Source: Tepidisphaera sp. (GTDB lineage: Bacteria; Planctomycetota; Phycisphaerae; Phycisphaerales; UBA1924). From it: a DNA stretch of 64,000 nt. Below are positions 1 to 10,785 of the stretch, in pieces. Each line of letters starts with the position of its first letter. The first letter of the stretch is position 1. The DNA is taken from contig CP051526.1 of the NCBI GenBank assembly GCA_050916045.1, positions 2,304,001 to 2,368,000 on the forward strand. The letters run 5' to 3'. The position numbers were made by a program, and so were the translations under genes. The notes beneath the pieces were generated by a model, which saw only the letters and a program-made list of their open reading frames with translations, was not told where the DNA came from and ran no database searches.

Positions 1-1
1 G

Positions 2-3000
2 GTGAGGAACATCGCGCCCTCGGCGATGGAGAAGATGCTGACGGACATGGGCCTGACGCAGGCGCAAGCCGCGGACAAGCCGGGCGTGGTGACCGAGCCG
101 GTCACGATCGTTCCGATGGTGACGCGATCGGCGCTGGCGATCCTGGCGAGCCCCGGCGACGCGCCGGCGATCATCGAGCTCGTGAAGGCGCTCGATACCG
201 CGCCGGCGGAAGCGGGCGAAGTGGTCCAGATCGTGCGGCTGAAGAAAGCTGGCGCGGGAAACCTCGTCACGACGCTCACGAGCATGCTGAACCAGACCAA
301 GACGGCGAACCCCGCCGGGCCCGCGGGGGCGCTGGCGGAGCAGCTCCGGCGGTTCAAGCTGACCCGGACGGGGCTTGGCCAGAAGGATCTGGATGTGGAT
401 CTTTCCAAGCCGATCCGCCTGATCGCGGACAACGAGAGCAACTCGGTGATCATCGGGAGCACACAAGCGAACGTGGAAGCTCTGGCGCCCGTGGTTGAGC
501 TGATGGACAGCCTGCCGCTTGGCGAGAGCGTGATCGTGCGGATCTTCCCGCTCCAGAACGCGCAGGCGGCGCGGATCAAGGTCGTCGTGGATCAGCTTTT
601 CCAGCAGGGCGAGCAGCTCGCTCGCCTGCCGGGGACGACGCGTCGCGGCGAGCCGGTGACCGCGACGGGGCAGGCGTTGATCGGCGACATCGCCGTCGCG
701 CTCGATGAGCGGACGAACACGATCGTGGTCGCGGGACGAGAGGAAGCCGTCGCGCTGGTCGAGGTGCTCGTCAAGGATCTTGATTCGGACCGGATGAGCA
801 ACTGGATCGAGCCGACGATCATCGCGATCAAGCACGGTGACGCGGCGGCGATCGCGGACCGACTGAGCGAGGTGCTTGTGCGCGGCTTGGCGACGACGCC
901 GGAAGCGGCGGGCCTGCAGAAGCAGTACGGACGCCTTCGCATGTCGCTCGCCGGCAAGGACCCGACCAAGCCGGAAAACCAGGTGCAAGCGGACCTCTTC
1001 GCGCCGCTGAACGGGCTTGTGATCACGTCGGACCCGACGCTGAACGCCCTCATCGTGGTGGGATCGACGGGGAACATCGCGGTGGTCCGCGAGATGGTCG
1101 CGCAGCTCGACGTCGAGGTGGCGAGCGCGGCGAACACCTTCCGGGTCTTCCCGCTGGTCAATGCGGCGGCGGATCGGGCGGGGCGCGTGCTTCAGGATCT
1201 TTTCTCTCAGCGTGAGAAGGTCTCGGCACTGAGGCCCGAGGACCGGCTTGTGATCTCGACGGACGCCCGGATCAACAGCCTGATTGTGAGCAGTTCGGCC
1301 CGGAGCTTGTCCGTCGTCGAGGCACTCCTGAAGACGATCGACGCGAAGGACGCGAGCCCGAGCGTGTCGCTCCACATCGTGCCGGTGGAGGGCGCGGACG
1401 TGACGCAGCTTGCGGGGAAGATCCAGCGGCTGATGCGTGAGCGGATCGAAGCGGCGAGCCGGACCTCGTCCGGCGGGGTGGCGAACCCGATGGACGCGTT
1501 CAGCATCGAAGCCGAGCCTGGGAGCAACCTGCTCATCGTGGCTTCGAGCGAAGAGAACTTCGCGGTGGTGAAGGAGTTGATCGACGCGCTGATGAAGAAC
1601 GGGGAGGCGCTCGCGGCGGCTCAGGACACGGGGCTGATCCAGCTCAAGAAGATGCCCGTGGCGGACGCGGTGACTCAGATCCGCGACATCTACGTGAAGA
1701 AGGAGACCGAGCGGCGCGGGGCCAACGCGGTGACGGTCGCGGCGAACGAGCGTCTGAACGCCGTGCTCGTGCAGGGCACGGCGAAGGACATCACCGAGAT
1801 CCGCGCCCTCGTCGAGCGTCTGGAATCGACGGACATCGCGATCGTGCGGCAGCTTGATCGAATTGAACTGCGGTCGGCAAACGCGCTGGAGGTCGTGAAC
1901 CTCCTTGAAGGCGTGCTCTCCGGCCGCGGGGTGAGCGGTCAGCGGATCGGGGCGCGGCAGGCGACCCGCGTGCAGTACATCCGCGACCAGATCCTGGGCC
2001 AGTTGAACCAGGACGGCACGCCGCCGACGGAAGCGGAGATCGACGGAGCCGTGCGGGACCAGGTGACGCTGACCCCCGACCTGCGGACCAACGCCGTGCT
2101 GGTGACGGCGCCGCCGCAGATGCTCGCCCTGATCAAGGAAGTCATCGACGACATCGACAGCAACAAAGCGGACCGGCAGATCGAGCAGTTCCGCTTGGTG
2201 AACGCCGACGCGACTCGCATGTCGGAGGTCCTGCAGCGGGTCTTCACGCTGCGTCAGCAGGGGACGAGTTTCGTGCTCGTGCCGCCCGAAGACGCTCCGG
2301 CGGATGGAGCGGACCAGTCCGGCCCCCGGCCCTCGACGGTGACGGCGGTGCCGGACGAGCGTCAGGCCCTTTCGGTGGCGGTCGACGCACGCACCAACAC
2401 GCTGATCGTCTCCGGCACGGCGAAGTACCTCGACCAGGTGCGCGAGCTGATCAACAAGCTCGACTCGATCGAAGCCGTCGAGCGTCTGCAGACCGTCTAC
2501 CACCTCAAGAACGCGAAAGCCAAGGAGATGGCGACGACGCTCCAGGACATCTTCCGGCAGGAGAGCAGCTTGTCCCGGACAACGACGAGCTCGGCGCAGA
2601 CCGGCTCGCTCGAACGCCAGCTCGAAGCCGAGGTGACGGTCGTCGGCGATGAGAACAGCAACAAGCTGCTGATCGCGACGAGCCCGCGGTACATGGACAA
2701 AGTGCTGAAGATGGTCGATGAACTCGACAAGACCCCGCCGCAGGTGATGATCCAGGTCCTGCTGGCGGAAGTCACGATCGATTCCGACGACCGCTGGGGC
2801 ATGGACATCCGCGTGGGCCCCTTCGGCGGCGACGTGTACAACGCGCAGTCGCTGGGCGGCGGGCCCGGCGGGATCGCCAACACCCTCGGCGGCGGCAACA
2901 TCTCGGTGTCGTCGGCGGACTTCGCGCTGCTGATCCGGGCTCTTGAAGTGCAGGGCAAACTGCAGGTCCTCTCGCGTCCGGAAGTGATGGTCAACAACAA

Positions 3001-3817
3001 CAAGACGGCGTCGATCAACGTCGGCGACAACATCGCGGTGGCTTCGGGCACGGAACGGACGCCGCAGGGGTCGACAAGGGCGGACGTGACGCGTCAGGAC
3101 GTGGGCATCACGCTCGACGTCACGCCACGGATCAGCAACGACGGGTTCGTGCAGATGGACATCTCGCCGAAGATCTCGTCGCTCACAAGCCGCCAGACGC
3201 AGATCAGCGAGGATTTCTCGGCGCCGGTGATCAACCAGCGCACGGTGAAGACGGTCGTGAACGTCAAGGACGGACAGTCGGTCGTCATCGGCGGCCTGAT
3301 TCAGAGCACCGAGGAGGACCGCCGATCCAAGGTGCCGTTCATCGGGGATATCCCGGTCGTGGGCGGCATGTTCCGGACGACGCAGAAGACGAGCGTCAAG
3401 ACCGAGCTTCTCGTCATCCTCACGCCGCGCGTCGTGCCCGGCGCCGGGCCGGACTGGGAGGAACGCGTCCGCCGCATCAACGAGCAGATGCTCAACCAGA
3501 TGGCCGATCCGACCGTCATCCGCCAGTACCTCGAAGAACACGATCTTCGCACGAAGGAGATGGAAAGCCTCAACAAGCCCCGGGCGGGCGATGCGGGACC
3601 GACCACGGACACGCCCGACGCGGGCGGGACGCCGGCCGACGCCGCCACCGCCCCGAACACCGCCCCCCCACCCCCGGCGGAAAGCACGCCGCCGGGCCCC
3701 ACGGATGGAGGCGCAGCCGGGGCCCAGGCCCGCACCGGCGTGGTGGACCTGCGTTACGCGCCGCCGCCCAGCCAGCCGACGGATCTCTCACGCAAGCCTT
3801 CGGAGTCACGGAAGTAG
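2..3817 (+). CDS. gspD: Type II secretion system secretin (GspD/PulD-like), 5' truncated at window edge, with many N-terminal NolW/N3-like repeats
   Basis: Repeated DxRTNxLIVxG-type N-domains; C-terminal secretin core (PQVMIQVLLAEV, LSRPEVMVNNNKTASINVG, DVGITLDVTPRI, VKDGQSVVIGGLI, KVPFIGDIPVVGGMFR, KTELLVILTPRVV). Confidence 0.88.
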   Translation: MRNIAPSAMEKMLTDMGLTQAQAADKPGVVTEPVTIVPMVTRSALAILASPGDAPAIIELVKALDTAPAEAGEVVQIVRLKKAGAGNLVTTLTSMLNQTKTANPAGPAGALAEQLRRFKLTRTGLGQKDLDVDLSKPIRLIADNESNSVIIGSTQANVEALAPVVELMDSLPLGESVIVRIFPLQNAQAARIKVVVDQLFQQGEQLARLPGTTRRGEPVTATGQALIGDIAVALDERTNTIVVAGREEAVALVEVLVKDLDSDRMSNWIEPTIIAIKHGDAAAIADRLSEVLVRGLATTPEAAGLQKQYGRLRMSLAGKDPTKPENQVQADLFAPLNGLVITSDPTLNALIVVGSTGNIAVVREMVAQLDVEVASAANTFRVFPLVNAAADRAGRVLQDLFSQREKVSALRPEDRLVISTDARINSLIVSSSARSLSVVEALLKTIDAKDASPSVSLHIVPVEGADVTQLAGKIQRLMRERIEAASRTSSGGVANPMDAFSIEAEPGSNLLIVASSEENFAVVKELIDALMKNGEALAAAQDTGLIQLKKMPVADAVTQIRDIYVKKETERRGANAVTVAANERLNAVLVQGTAKDITEIRALVERLESTDIAIVRQLDRIELRSANALEVVNLLEGVLSGRGVSGQRIGARQATRVQYIRDQILGQLNQDGTPPTEAEIDGAVRDQVTLTPDLRTNAVLVTAPPQMLALIKEVIDDIDSNKADRQIEQFRLVNADATRMSEVLQRVFTLRQQGTSFVLVPPEDAPADGADQSGPRPSTVTAVPDERQALSVAVDARTNTLIVSGTAKYLDQVRELINKLDSIEAVERLQTVYHLKNAKAKEMATTLQDIFRQESSLSRTTTSSAQTGSLERQLEAEVTVVGDENSNKLLIATSPRYMDKVLKMVDELDKTPPQVMIQVLLAEVTIDSDDRWGMDIRVGPFGGDVYNAQSLGGGPGGIANTLGGGNISVSSADFALLIRALEVQGKLQVLSRPEVMVNNNKTASINVGDNIAVASGTERTPQGSTRADVTRQDVGITLDVTPRISNDGFVQMDISPKISSLTSRQTQISEDFSAPVINQRTVKTVVNVKDGQSVVIGGLIQSTEEDRRSKVPFIGDIPVVGGMFRTTQKTSVKTELLVILTPRVVPGAGPDWEERVRRINEQMLNQMADPTVIRQYLEEHDLRTKEMESLNKPRAGDAGPTTDTPDAGGTPADAATAPNTAPPPPAESTPPGPTDGGAAGAQARTGVVDLRYAPPPSQPTDLSRKPSESRK

Positions 3818-3829
3818 GAGGAGGTTCGC

Positions 3830-4357
3830 ATGCGGCGTTCGACGATGGGAATGATGGGTGCGACCGGTGCCCTGCTTCTGGCGGTCACGGGCGGGTGCAT
3901 CTCGGCCGAGCCCAAGCCCGCGATCTCGGGCTTTAACGCTCCGAATGAGCCGAACCCGACGCGGATCGTGGTGACGTCGTACATGGCCCGGGACACGGAC
4001 TCGAACGGGTTCCCGGATCTGATCCCGCTTCGGGTGCACCTTTTCGAAGCCGAGGGCGGCTGGCCCCTCGCGGTCACAGTTCCGGGGACATTCCGATTCG
4101 AGCTCGTCAAACCGGGAGACGCGGGAGACGCCAAGCCGCTGGCCACCTGGGAGATCGACCCGGCGCAGTTCCCGGGCATGCTCAAGCAGGACCAGATCGG
4201 TCCGTGCTACATGATTGAACTCAGCCTCCTTACACAGGGGCGGACGGACCGTTTGGCGGTTGAATCGATCGACCTACGGACGACGTTTTTGCCGACCAAG
4301 GCCTCTCCGAACCCCATCCGGGGTGTGATTTCGATGCACTTTGGGCGGACGCGGTAG
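3830..4357 (+). CDS. Hypothetical lipoprotein directly downstream of the secretin (possible pilotin-like accessory)
   Basis: GGAGG RBS; hydrophobic signal ending in lipobox-like VTGGC; 12 nt after the secretin stop. Confidence 0.6.
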   Translation: MRRSTMGMMGATGALLLAVTGGCISAEPKPAISGFNAPNEPNPTRIVVTSYMARDTDSNGFPDLIPLRVHLFEAEGGWPLAVTVPGTFRFELVKPGDAGDAKPLATWEIDPAQFPGMLKQDQIGPCYMIELSLLTQGRTDRLAVESIDLRTTFLPTKASPNPIRGVISMHFGRTR

Positions 4358-4399
4358 CGGACCAAACAAAGTCCGATCAAATAGCAGGCGATGTCCGTT

Positions 4400-4430
4400 C
4401 TTGTCCGAGTCTTAACCAATCTAAACTCGG
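4400..4430 (+). promoter_or_regulatory. Candidate Pho-box-like operator upstream of pstS
   Basis: CTTGTCC (4400) and CTTAACC (4411) 11 bp apart; CCGAGTCTTAA (4405-4415) recurs as CCGAATCTTAA upstream of phoD. Confidence 0.4.
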
Positions 4431-4517
4431 CTTTCTGGCGGTTCGCGCTAAGGTTTTTGCGCATCCGGGGCGGGGTTCCAGACGGGAACCCGGCGGGTGC
4501 TTCCAGGAGCGAACTCG

Positions 4518-5510
4518 ATGAAAGCTGGCCTGAAAAAAGCGTGTCTGAGCATGATCGGTGTGGCGGCGTTGGTGATGGTCGCGGGTTTCGGCCCGGATGA
4601 CTCCAAGAAGGTGACGGTCGACAAGGCCTTCAAGTCGTACCAGCAGGCCCAGGGCGTTTCGGGCAGCATCAAGAGCATCGGTTCGGACACCCTCAACAAC
4701 CTGATGACGGGTTGGACCGAGGCGTACCGCAAGTTCTACCCGGGCGTGAACGCCGAAGTCGAGGGCAAGGGTTCCTCGACGGCTCCGCCCGCGCTGACGG
4801 ATGACCAGGCCCAGTTCGGCCCCATGTCCCGCCCGATGAAGGGCGAGGAGATGGACAAGTTCGAGAAGAAGCACGGCTACAAGCCCACCGAGCTTCGCGT
4901 GGCGGTTGACGCCCTCGCGATCTTCGTGCACAAGGACGCTCCGATCGAGGAAATCTCGATGGAGAACGCGATGAAGGTGTTCTCGGTCGCCGGGACGGAC
5001 ATGACCTGGGGCGACCTGGGCGTGACGAACCCCGACTTCAAGAGCAAGCCGATCGCGCTGTACGGCCGCAACTCGGCTTCGGGCACCTACGGGTACTTCA
5101 AGGAGCACGTTCTCCAGAAGAAGGACTTCAAGGCGACCGTGAAGGAGCAGCCGGGCTCCTCGGGCGTGGTGCAGGCTGTTGCGACGGACAAGTTCGCGAT
5201 GGGTTACTCGGGCATCGGTTACGCGACGGCTGACGTCAAGGCCCTGAAGGTCGTCGCCAAGGGCGGCAAGAAGGCGGTCGCGGCGACGGCGGAGAACGCT
5301 TACTCGGGCGAGTACCCGATCGGCCGTTTCCTGCTGATCTACGTGAACTACAACGCGAAGACCGGTCTTGACCCCCTTCGTTCGGAATTCATCAAGATGC
5401 TCTACAGCAAGGACGGTCAGGAGATCGTGGTGAAGGACGGCTACTTCCCCGTTACTCCGGAGATCGCTCGTGAAGACCTCAAGAAGGTCGGCGTGAAGGC
5501 TGACTTCTAA
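4518..5510 (+). CDS. pstS: Phosphate ABC transporter substrate-binding protein
   Basis: AGGAG RBS before ATG 4518; motifs GSDTL, GKGSSTA, MSRPMK, GRNSASGTY, YSGIGY, YPIGRFL; first gene of pst cluster. Confidence 0.93.
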   Translation: MKAGLKKACLSMIGVAALVMVAGFGPDDSKKVTVDKAFKSYQQAQGVSGSIKSIGSDTLNNLMTGWTEAYRKFYPGVNAEVEGKGSSTAPPALTDDQAQFGPMSRPMKGEEMDKFEKKHGYKPTELRVAVDALAIFVHKDAPIEEISMENAMKVFSVAGTDMTWGDLGVTNPDFKSKPIALYGRNSASGTYGYFKEHVLQKKDFKATVKEQPGSSGVVQAVATDKFAMGYSGIGYATADVKALKVVAKGGKKAVAATAENAYSGEYPIGRFLLIYVNYNAKTGLDPLRSEFIKMLYSKDGQEIVVKDGYFPVTPEIAREDLKKVGVKADF

Positions 5511-5562
5511 GGCGCCCGGCGGCGACGGACCTCCCTCGCCGCGGGTAGACTAGTCACTCATA

Positions 5563-5592
5563 CGGGTCGGCCGCGTCACCGCGACCGACCCG
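5563..5592 (+). other. Intercistronic hairpin between pstS and pstC (possible mRNA stabiliser or partial terminator)
   Basis: CGGGTCGG...CCGACCCG inverted repeat followed by CTTTGTTG. Confidence 0.35.
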
Positions 5593-5594
5593 CT

Positions 5595-8447
5595 TTGTTG
5601 AACAGCGACACGACCAACCCGAGCGACGCACCGGCCGCGGTCCGGCGTGTCGCGCGCCGGACATCGAGCGCGGGCGTGAAGGCGATGGACCGGATCGCCG
5701 AGTCTGTGATCACGGTGGGCGGGATCTCGGTGATCATCGCGGTTCTAGGGATCTGCGTGTATCTCGCGGCCCAGGTCGCGCCGCTCTTCACCTCTGGCAC
5801 GGTTGAGCGGGTGGCCGCGGCGCAGGGTGGAAGCGTGGCCGAAGCTGTACCGCCCGCCGTCTTCCGAATGGACGAGTATCAGGCTGTCGCCCTGTCCATC
5901 GGGGCCGACGGGGTGGCGACAGCGAGGCATCTGGCGGGGGGTGAGACCCTTGGGACTCTGAGGCTGGTGCCCGAGGACGAGAAAGTGACGGCTTCGGCGT
6001 TCGAGGCGTTGCCGGGGCTTCTGGGCCTTGGTACCGAGTCCGGCAAGGTGTTGCTGGGCAAGCTCTCGTTCGAAGCTGAGCTGCTGTCGCCGGAGGAAGC
6101 GGGCGAAGAGGCCAAGGGGCTTGCAATCGGGCGATCCAAGGTGGGCACGAAGACCGAGGAACGAATCCTCGGATCCGTGCTCCAGCGGGTTTCGGAGACC
6201 CAGTACCGCCGGGTGACGCCGGTGATCGAGATGGGGCCGCCGACGGAGATTGGCGAAGGAACCGGCGCGATCCACGCGATGGACTACCGCGAGACGGCGG
6301 GTCGCGAGTTCATGGTGGCGATCAAGACCGACGGCACGGCGGTGCTGGACGTCGTCACGACCGTCAAGCCGCTGGGGGGCGGGAAACCTCGAACACAGCT
6401 GACCGCGTACCCGATCCCGTTTGCCGCACCGACAGGTCGCGGCCTTCCGGAACGGCTCTTCATTACGGGAGACGGTCAGAGCGTGCTCGCACTGTGGAGC
6501 GACGGACTGGTTCAGCGGTACCGCAGCGCGAACCCGGAAGATTACCCGGTGGTTTTCGCTGAAGAGTGGCAGTCGTTGCCGGCGGGGCGAAAGGTCACCG
6601 CCGTCGCGATGCAGCTTGGCGGCCTGACGCTCATCCTGGGCGATGATGCGGGGTTCGTGTCGCGCGGGTTCGCGGCGGTGGATGTGGCGGCGAAGACGCC
6701 GGACGGCCAGCGGCTCGTGAACGCGGGGTCTGAGAAGGTGTCGAGTTCGGCGATCCGCTGGATCGGGACCTCGATCCGCGACCGGTGCATCGCTGTGGCC
6801 GATGCGGACGGGCAAGTGGGTGTGGTGCACGCGACGTCGGGCAAGTGGGTGGTGCCGATGGCGGACCGCGGGGACGGGCCGCTCGCGGCGGTGGCGATTG
6901 CGCCCAAGGTCGACGGGCTGGCGTTCCTGACGCGGGCGGGCGGCTTGGGGTACGCGACGCTTGACAAGGGGTATCCGGAAGCGAGCGTGAAGTCGCTCTT
7001 CGGCAAGGTGCATTACGAGGGAACGACGGCGCCGCAGTTCGTCTATCAGTCTTCGTCGGGCGAGGACTCGGCGGAGGTGAAGTACAGCCTGGTGCCGCTG
7101 ATTCACGGCACGCTCAAAGCCACCGCGTTCGCCATGGTGATCGCGATCCCCCTCGGAGTCCTCGCGGCGATCTACACAAGCGAGTTCCTGTCCAAGCGGA
7201 CCCGTCGCGTGGTCAAGCCGACGATCGAGATGATGGCATCGCTGCCCTCCGTGGTCCTCGGGTTTCTGGCGTCGATCGTGATCGCGCCGTTCGTAACCGA
7301 GCACCTGAGCGCCGTGCTTCTGGTCTTTCTCACGCTTCCGATCGGGATGCTTGCCGGCGGGTATCTGTGGCAGTTGATTCCGCGTGCGGTGGTTCGGAAA
7401 GTGCCGCCGATCGCAAAGCTGCTTTCGATGGCGGGCGTGTTCGGGATGTCGGTGGCGTCGGCGTGGCTTGTGGGTCCGGCGGTTGAGCACACGTTCTTCA
7501 AGCCTTCCGTCGAAGATCGCTGGGTTGCGGCGGGATCGGTCACGCCGGCCACGGCGGAAGAGATTCCCTCGTGGGTGGGCTCGCGGGCGACAATGAGCAG
7601 TTCGGACCGCCGAGAGCTGCGACGCGAAGGGCTTTACTTCGTCGACAAAGCTGTCGTCAAGCCGAAGGCACCCGCGGCGGAGCTTCCGCCGGTGGAGGGA
7701 TCGATCCGAGGGTGGCTCGACGGCGGGTTCGGGAACGCGGTGCCGGGGTGGTTCCTTCTGCTCACGGGCCCGGGGATCATCGGAGCGTCGCTTGCGGTGC
7801 GTCTGGTCCTCGGACGGACGCTTGACGACATCGTGGATGCCTCGACGCCGCTGGGAGCGGCGTTGATTGAGCTTGGGCGATTCGCCGTGGTTCTGGCGGT
7901 CGGGCTTGGGCTTTCATACGGAGCGGCGACGCTTCTGGACTCCCTTGGGATCGACGCGCGGGATTCGCTGATGGGCGAGTACTCGCAGCGGAACACGCTT
8001 GTGGTGGGGATGGTGATGGGTTTCGCGATCATTCCGATCATCTACACGATCTCGGAAGACGCGATGGCGGCGGTGCCCTCGTCGCTTCGTTCGGCGTCGC
8101 TGGGAGCGGGCGCGACGCCGTGGCAGACGGCGGTGCGCGTGGTGATGCCCGTGGCGGCGTCGGGAATCTTCTCGGCGATCATGATCGGCCTGGGCCGCGC
8201 GGTAGGCGAGACGATGATCGTGGTGATGGCGACTGGCAATACGGCGGACCTGTCGTGGAACATGTTCTCGGGATGCCGCACGCTTTCGGCGAACATCGCG
8301 ACCGAGCTTCCCGAAGCGGGTCGCGGGGATGTGCACTTCCGGGTGCTTTTCCTCTGCGGGCTGGTGCTCTTCGTGATGACGTTCGCTCTGAATACGACGG
8401 CTGAACTGATCCGGCAGCGTTTCCGGAAGAGGAGCGCGGCGCTGTGA
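5595..8447 (+). CDS. pstC: Phosphate ABC transporter permease PstC, long form with large beta-propeller-like extracytoplasmic domain (start uncertain)
   Basis: KYSLVPLIHGTLK, KPTIEMMASLPSVVLG, EAA-type loop SLRSASLGAGATPWQT, GRAVGETMIV, TLSANIATELPEA. Confidence 0.9.
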   Translation: MLNSDTTNPSDAPAAVRRVARRTSSAGVKAMDRIAESVITVGGISVIIAVLGICVYLAAQVAPLFTSGTVERVAAAQGGSVAEAVPPAVFRMDEYQAVALSIGADGVATARHLAGGETLGTLRLVPEDEKVTASAFEALPGLLGLGTESGKVLLGKLSFEAELLSPEEAGEEAKGLAIGRSKVGTKTEERILGSVLQRVSETQYRRVTPVIEMGPPTEIGEGTGAIHAMDYRETAGREFMVAIKTDGTAVLDVVTTVKPLGGGKPRTQLTAYPIPFAAPTGRGLPERLFITGDGQSVLALWSDGLVQRYRSANPEDYPVVFAEEWQSLPAGRKVTAVAMQLGGLTLILGDDAGFVSRGFAAVDVAAKTPDGQRLVNAGSEKVSSSAIRWIGTSIRDRCIAVADADGQVGVVHATSGKWVVPMADRGDGPLAAVAIAPKVDGLAFLTRAGGLGYATLDKGYPEASVKSLFGKVHYEGTTAPQFVYQSSSGEDSAEVKYSLVPLIHGTLKATAFAMVIAIPLGVLAAIYTSEFLSKRTRRVVKPTIEMMASLPSVVLGFLASIVIAPFVTEHLSAVLLVFLTLPIGMLAGGYLWQLIPRAVVRKVPPIAKLLSMAGVFGMSVASAWLVGPAVEHTFFKPSVEDRWVAAGSVTPATAEEIPSWVGSRATMSSSDRRELRREGLYFVDKAVVKPKAPAAELPPVEGSIRGWLDGGFGNAVPGWFLLLTGPGIIGASLAVRLVLGRTLDDIVDASTPLGAALIELGRFAVVLAVGLGLSYGAATLLDSLGIDARDSLMGEYSQRNTLVVGMVMGFAIIPIIYTISEDAMAAVPSSLRSASLGAGATPWQTAVRVVMPVAASGIFSAIMIGLGRAVGETMIVVMATGNTADLSWNMFSGCRTLSANIATELPEAGRGDVHFRVLFLCGLVLFVMTFALNTTAELIRQRFRKRSAAL

Positions 8448-10774
8448 TGCGTGAACCCACGAGCACGGCGCAGCAGGGCCCGGGCGGCAAGGGCGCTCGG
8501 CGGACGCCCATGGCGGCCCGCGGCGAGCCGATGATCTGGCTGATGGGGCTGGCGTTGGTGCTCTGCTTTGTCGGCGTGGTGTCGCTGGTGGGCAAGGTGG
8601 CGGTCGAAGGTGCGAACACGTTCTGGCCGCGGCCGATCGAGCGGGTGACCCTCCGCGCAGCGGACATCTCGGCGAAAGGTCGCGAGTTCTTCGGAATCCC
8701 GATGCGGGAGGAGCCTTTCTCGCCCTCGCCCGAGCTTCAGAAACGGATCGATGAGCTTCGCGCGGCCGGAAAGCTGCCCGAAGGCTCGGTGGACGCGGAA
8801 GGCCTGGCGATCCGGCGGCTTTACCGGGCCGGCAATCGCGACGTGACGAACGAACCGTTCATCTGGGTTCCGCTTTGCAACATCATGGAAGCGACGCGTC
8901 CGAAGGACGTCGTGCTTCTGGAGCGGACCAAGTGGGGTATCTGGATCGGCACGCCCACCGCCGTCGTCAAGCAGACGCTCGCGGAGGAGGGATCGGCTGC
9001 GGCGGGAGGCACCGTTCGGACCGAGCGGGTGAAGCTCGGCGATGACAAGACCTACGACCGGGCGTACCTCGCGGAAGGCGCTGACGCCGTGCTCGCCGGA
9101 CTCGGAGATTACCTTGCGGAAGCGGCGACGCGACGCGAGGAACTCGATCGCATCGACAAGCACGTCATCGGAAGCATCAACGACAGGATCGCGGTGGAGC
9201 GTGAACGGCAGCGGAACGCGGACCGTCGCGTCGCGATCTCGGGCGGGACGAGCAAGTCGCTCTCGGTCGGGTCGTCTTGGCTTCTCTGGGGTGGAATCGC
9301 CGCGCTCGCGGCGCTCGCGGCGGGGCTTTCGTGGAAGCTGTCGCGTGTGACGGTGAGCGTGACTCGTCCGCAGCTTTGGCGGGCTTCGCTGATCCGGCTT
9401 CTTGCCGTGGCGAGCCTGCTCGGCGTCGTGGGCATGGTGACGCTGCGGCCCTGGCGTGAGCGTCCGATCGACGCGACCGAGCACGCGGCGATCTCCGCGT
9501 CGGTAGCGGCGGAGCTTGCTTCGCTGCAGAAGGAGTATCAGGACGCGGACGCGACCAAGCGGAAGCTCGAGCGGGAGGATTCGCAGTGGCGGGTGATCAT
9601 GAAGGATGCGAGCGGTGCGAACTTCGCCCCCATCGCGATGACCGACCCTGACCAGCCGATGAAGATCTCGCAGATCGTCCGGATGGTGGACGCGAACGCC
9701 CTCACGACTTCGGGCAAGCTGGGCGTGTATCTGTCCCGCTGGGGCGAGTTCCTCGGCGATGATCCGCGGGAGCAGAACACCGACGGCGGCGTCTTCCCGG
9801 TGATCTTCGGGACGGTGCTGATGACGATGCTGCTTTCGGTCATCGTCGTGCCCTTCGGGGTGATCGCGGCGCTCTACCTGCGTGAGTACGCGAGGCAGGG
9901 CGTTGTGACGTCCATCCTTCGGATCGCGATCAACAACCTCGCGGGCGTGCCGTCGATCGTGTTCGGGATGTTCGGCCTGGGTTTCTTCTGCTACACGGTG
10001 GGCGCGTACATCGACAAGGGGCCCGAAGCGGACACCCGCTCGACCCCGGGCGTGTGGTGGGTTTGGGCGGCGGGCGTTGGCGTGGTGACGGTGGCGGCGC
10101 TGGTCGCCGCGCTGATGGCGCGTCCCATTCCCGGCCAGCCAATCCGATCTTCTCACCGCGTGATGGCGTTTGTCACGGCGGTGCTCTGGTTCGTCGCGGC
10201 CGGAGCGGCGGTCGCCCTTGCGGCGCACACGCCGTACTTCGACGGGTTCTTCACCGATCGTCCGGACTCGACGTTCGGGAAACGCGGACTGCTCTGGGCT
10301 TCGCTGACACTGGCTCTGCTGACCCTTCCGGTCGTGATCGTGGCGACGGAGGAAGCGGTCGCGGCGGTGCCGCGTTCGATGCGCGAGGGGTCGTACGGGT
10401 GCGGAGCGAGCAAGTGGCAGACGATCCGGCGGATCGTGCTTCCCGGCGCAATGCCGGGCATCATGACGGGGATGATCCTGGCGATGGCCCGCGGCGCGGG
10501 CGAGGTCGCTCCGCTGATGCTGGTGGGAGCGATGAAACTCGCCCCGGAGCTTCCGTTCTCGTCGCAGTTCCCGTTCCTTCACGCGGACCGCTCGTTCATG
10601 CACCTTGGGTTCCACATCTTTGACCTGGGTTTCCAAAGCCCGGACGCGGAAGCGGCGCGGCCGCTCGTCTGGACCACGACGCTCCTCCTGATCGCGATCG
10701 TCGTGACGCTCAATCTGTCGGCGATCATGCTCCGCGCCCGGCTGAAAGCCCGCGGGTCGGGCTCGGCGGTGTAA
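8447..10774 (+). CDS. pstA: Phosphate ABC transporter permease PstA, long form
   Basis: [56 protein letters not shown]; start overlaps pstC stop. Confidence 0.9.
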   Translation: MREPTSTAQQGPGGKGARRTPMAARGEPMIWLMGLALVLCFVGVVSLVGKVAVEGANTFWPRPIERVTLRAADISAKGREFFGIPMREEPFSPSPELQKRIDELRAAGKLPEGSVDAEGLAIRRLYRAGNRDVTNEPFIWVPLCNIMEATRPKDVVLLERTKWGIWIGTPTAVVKQTLAEEGSAAAGGTVRTERVKLGDDKTYDRAYLAEGADAVLAGLGDYLAEAATRREELDRIDKHVIGSINDRIAVERERQRNADRRVAISGGTSKSLSVGSSWLLWGGIAALAALAAGLSWKLSRVTVSVTRPQLWRASLIRLLAVASLLGVVGMVTLRPWRERPIDATEHAAISASVAAELASLQKEYQDADATKRKLEREDSQWRVIMKDASGANFAPIAMTDPDQPMKISQIVRMVDANALTTSGKLGVYLSRWGEFLGDDPREQNTDGGVFPVIFGTVLMTMLLSVIVVPFGVIAALYLREYARQGVVTSILRIAINNLAGVPSIVFGMFGLGFFCYTVGAYIDKGPEADTRSTPGVWWVWAAGVGVVTVAALVAALMARPIPGQPIRSSHRVMAFVTAVLWFVAAGAAVALAAHTPYFDGFFTDRPDSTFGKRGLLWASLTLALLTLPVVIVATEEAVAAVPRSMREGSYGCGASKWQTIRRIVLPGAMPGIMTGMILAMARGAGEVAPLMLVGAMKLAPELPFSSQFPFLHADRSFMHLGFHIFDLGFQSPDAEAARPLVWTTTLLLIAIVVTLNLSAIMLRARLKARGSGSAV

Positions 10775-10785
10775 AGGCGCCAACA

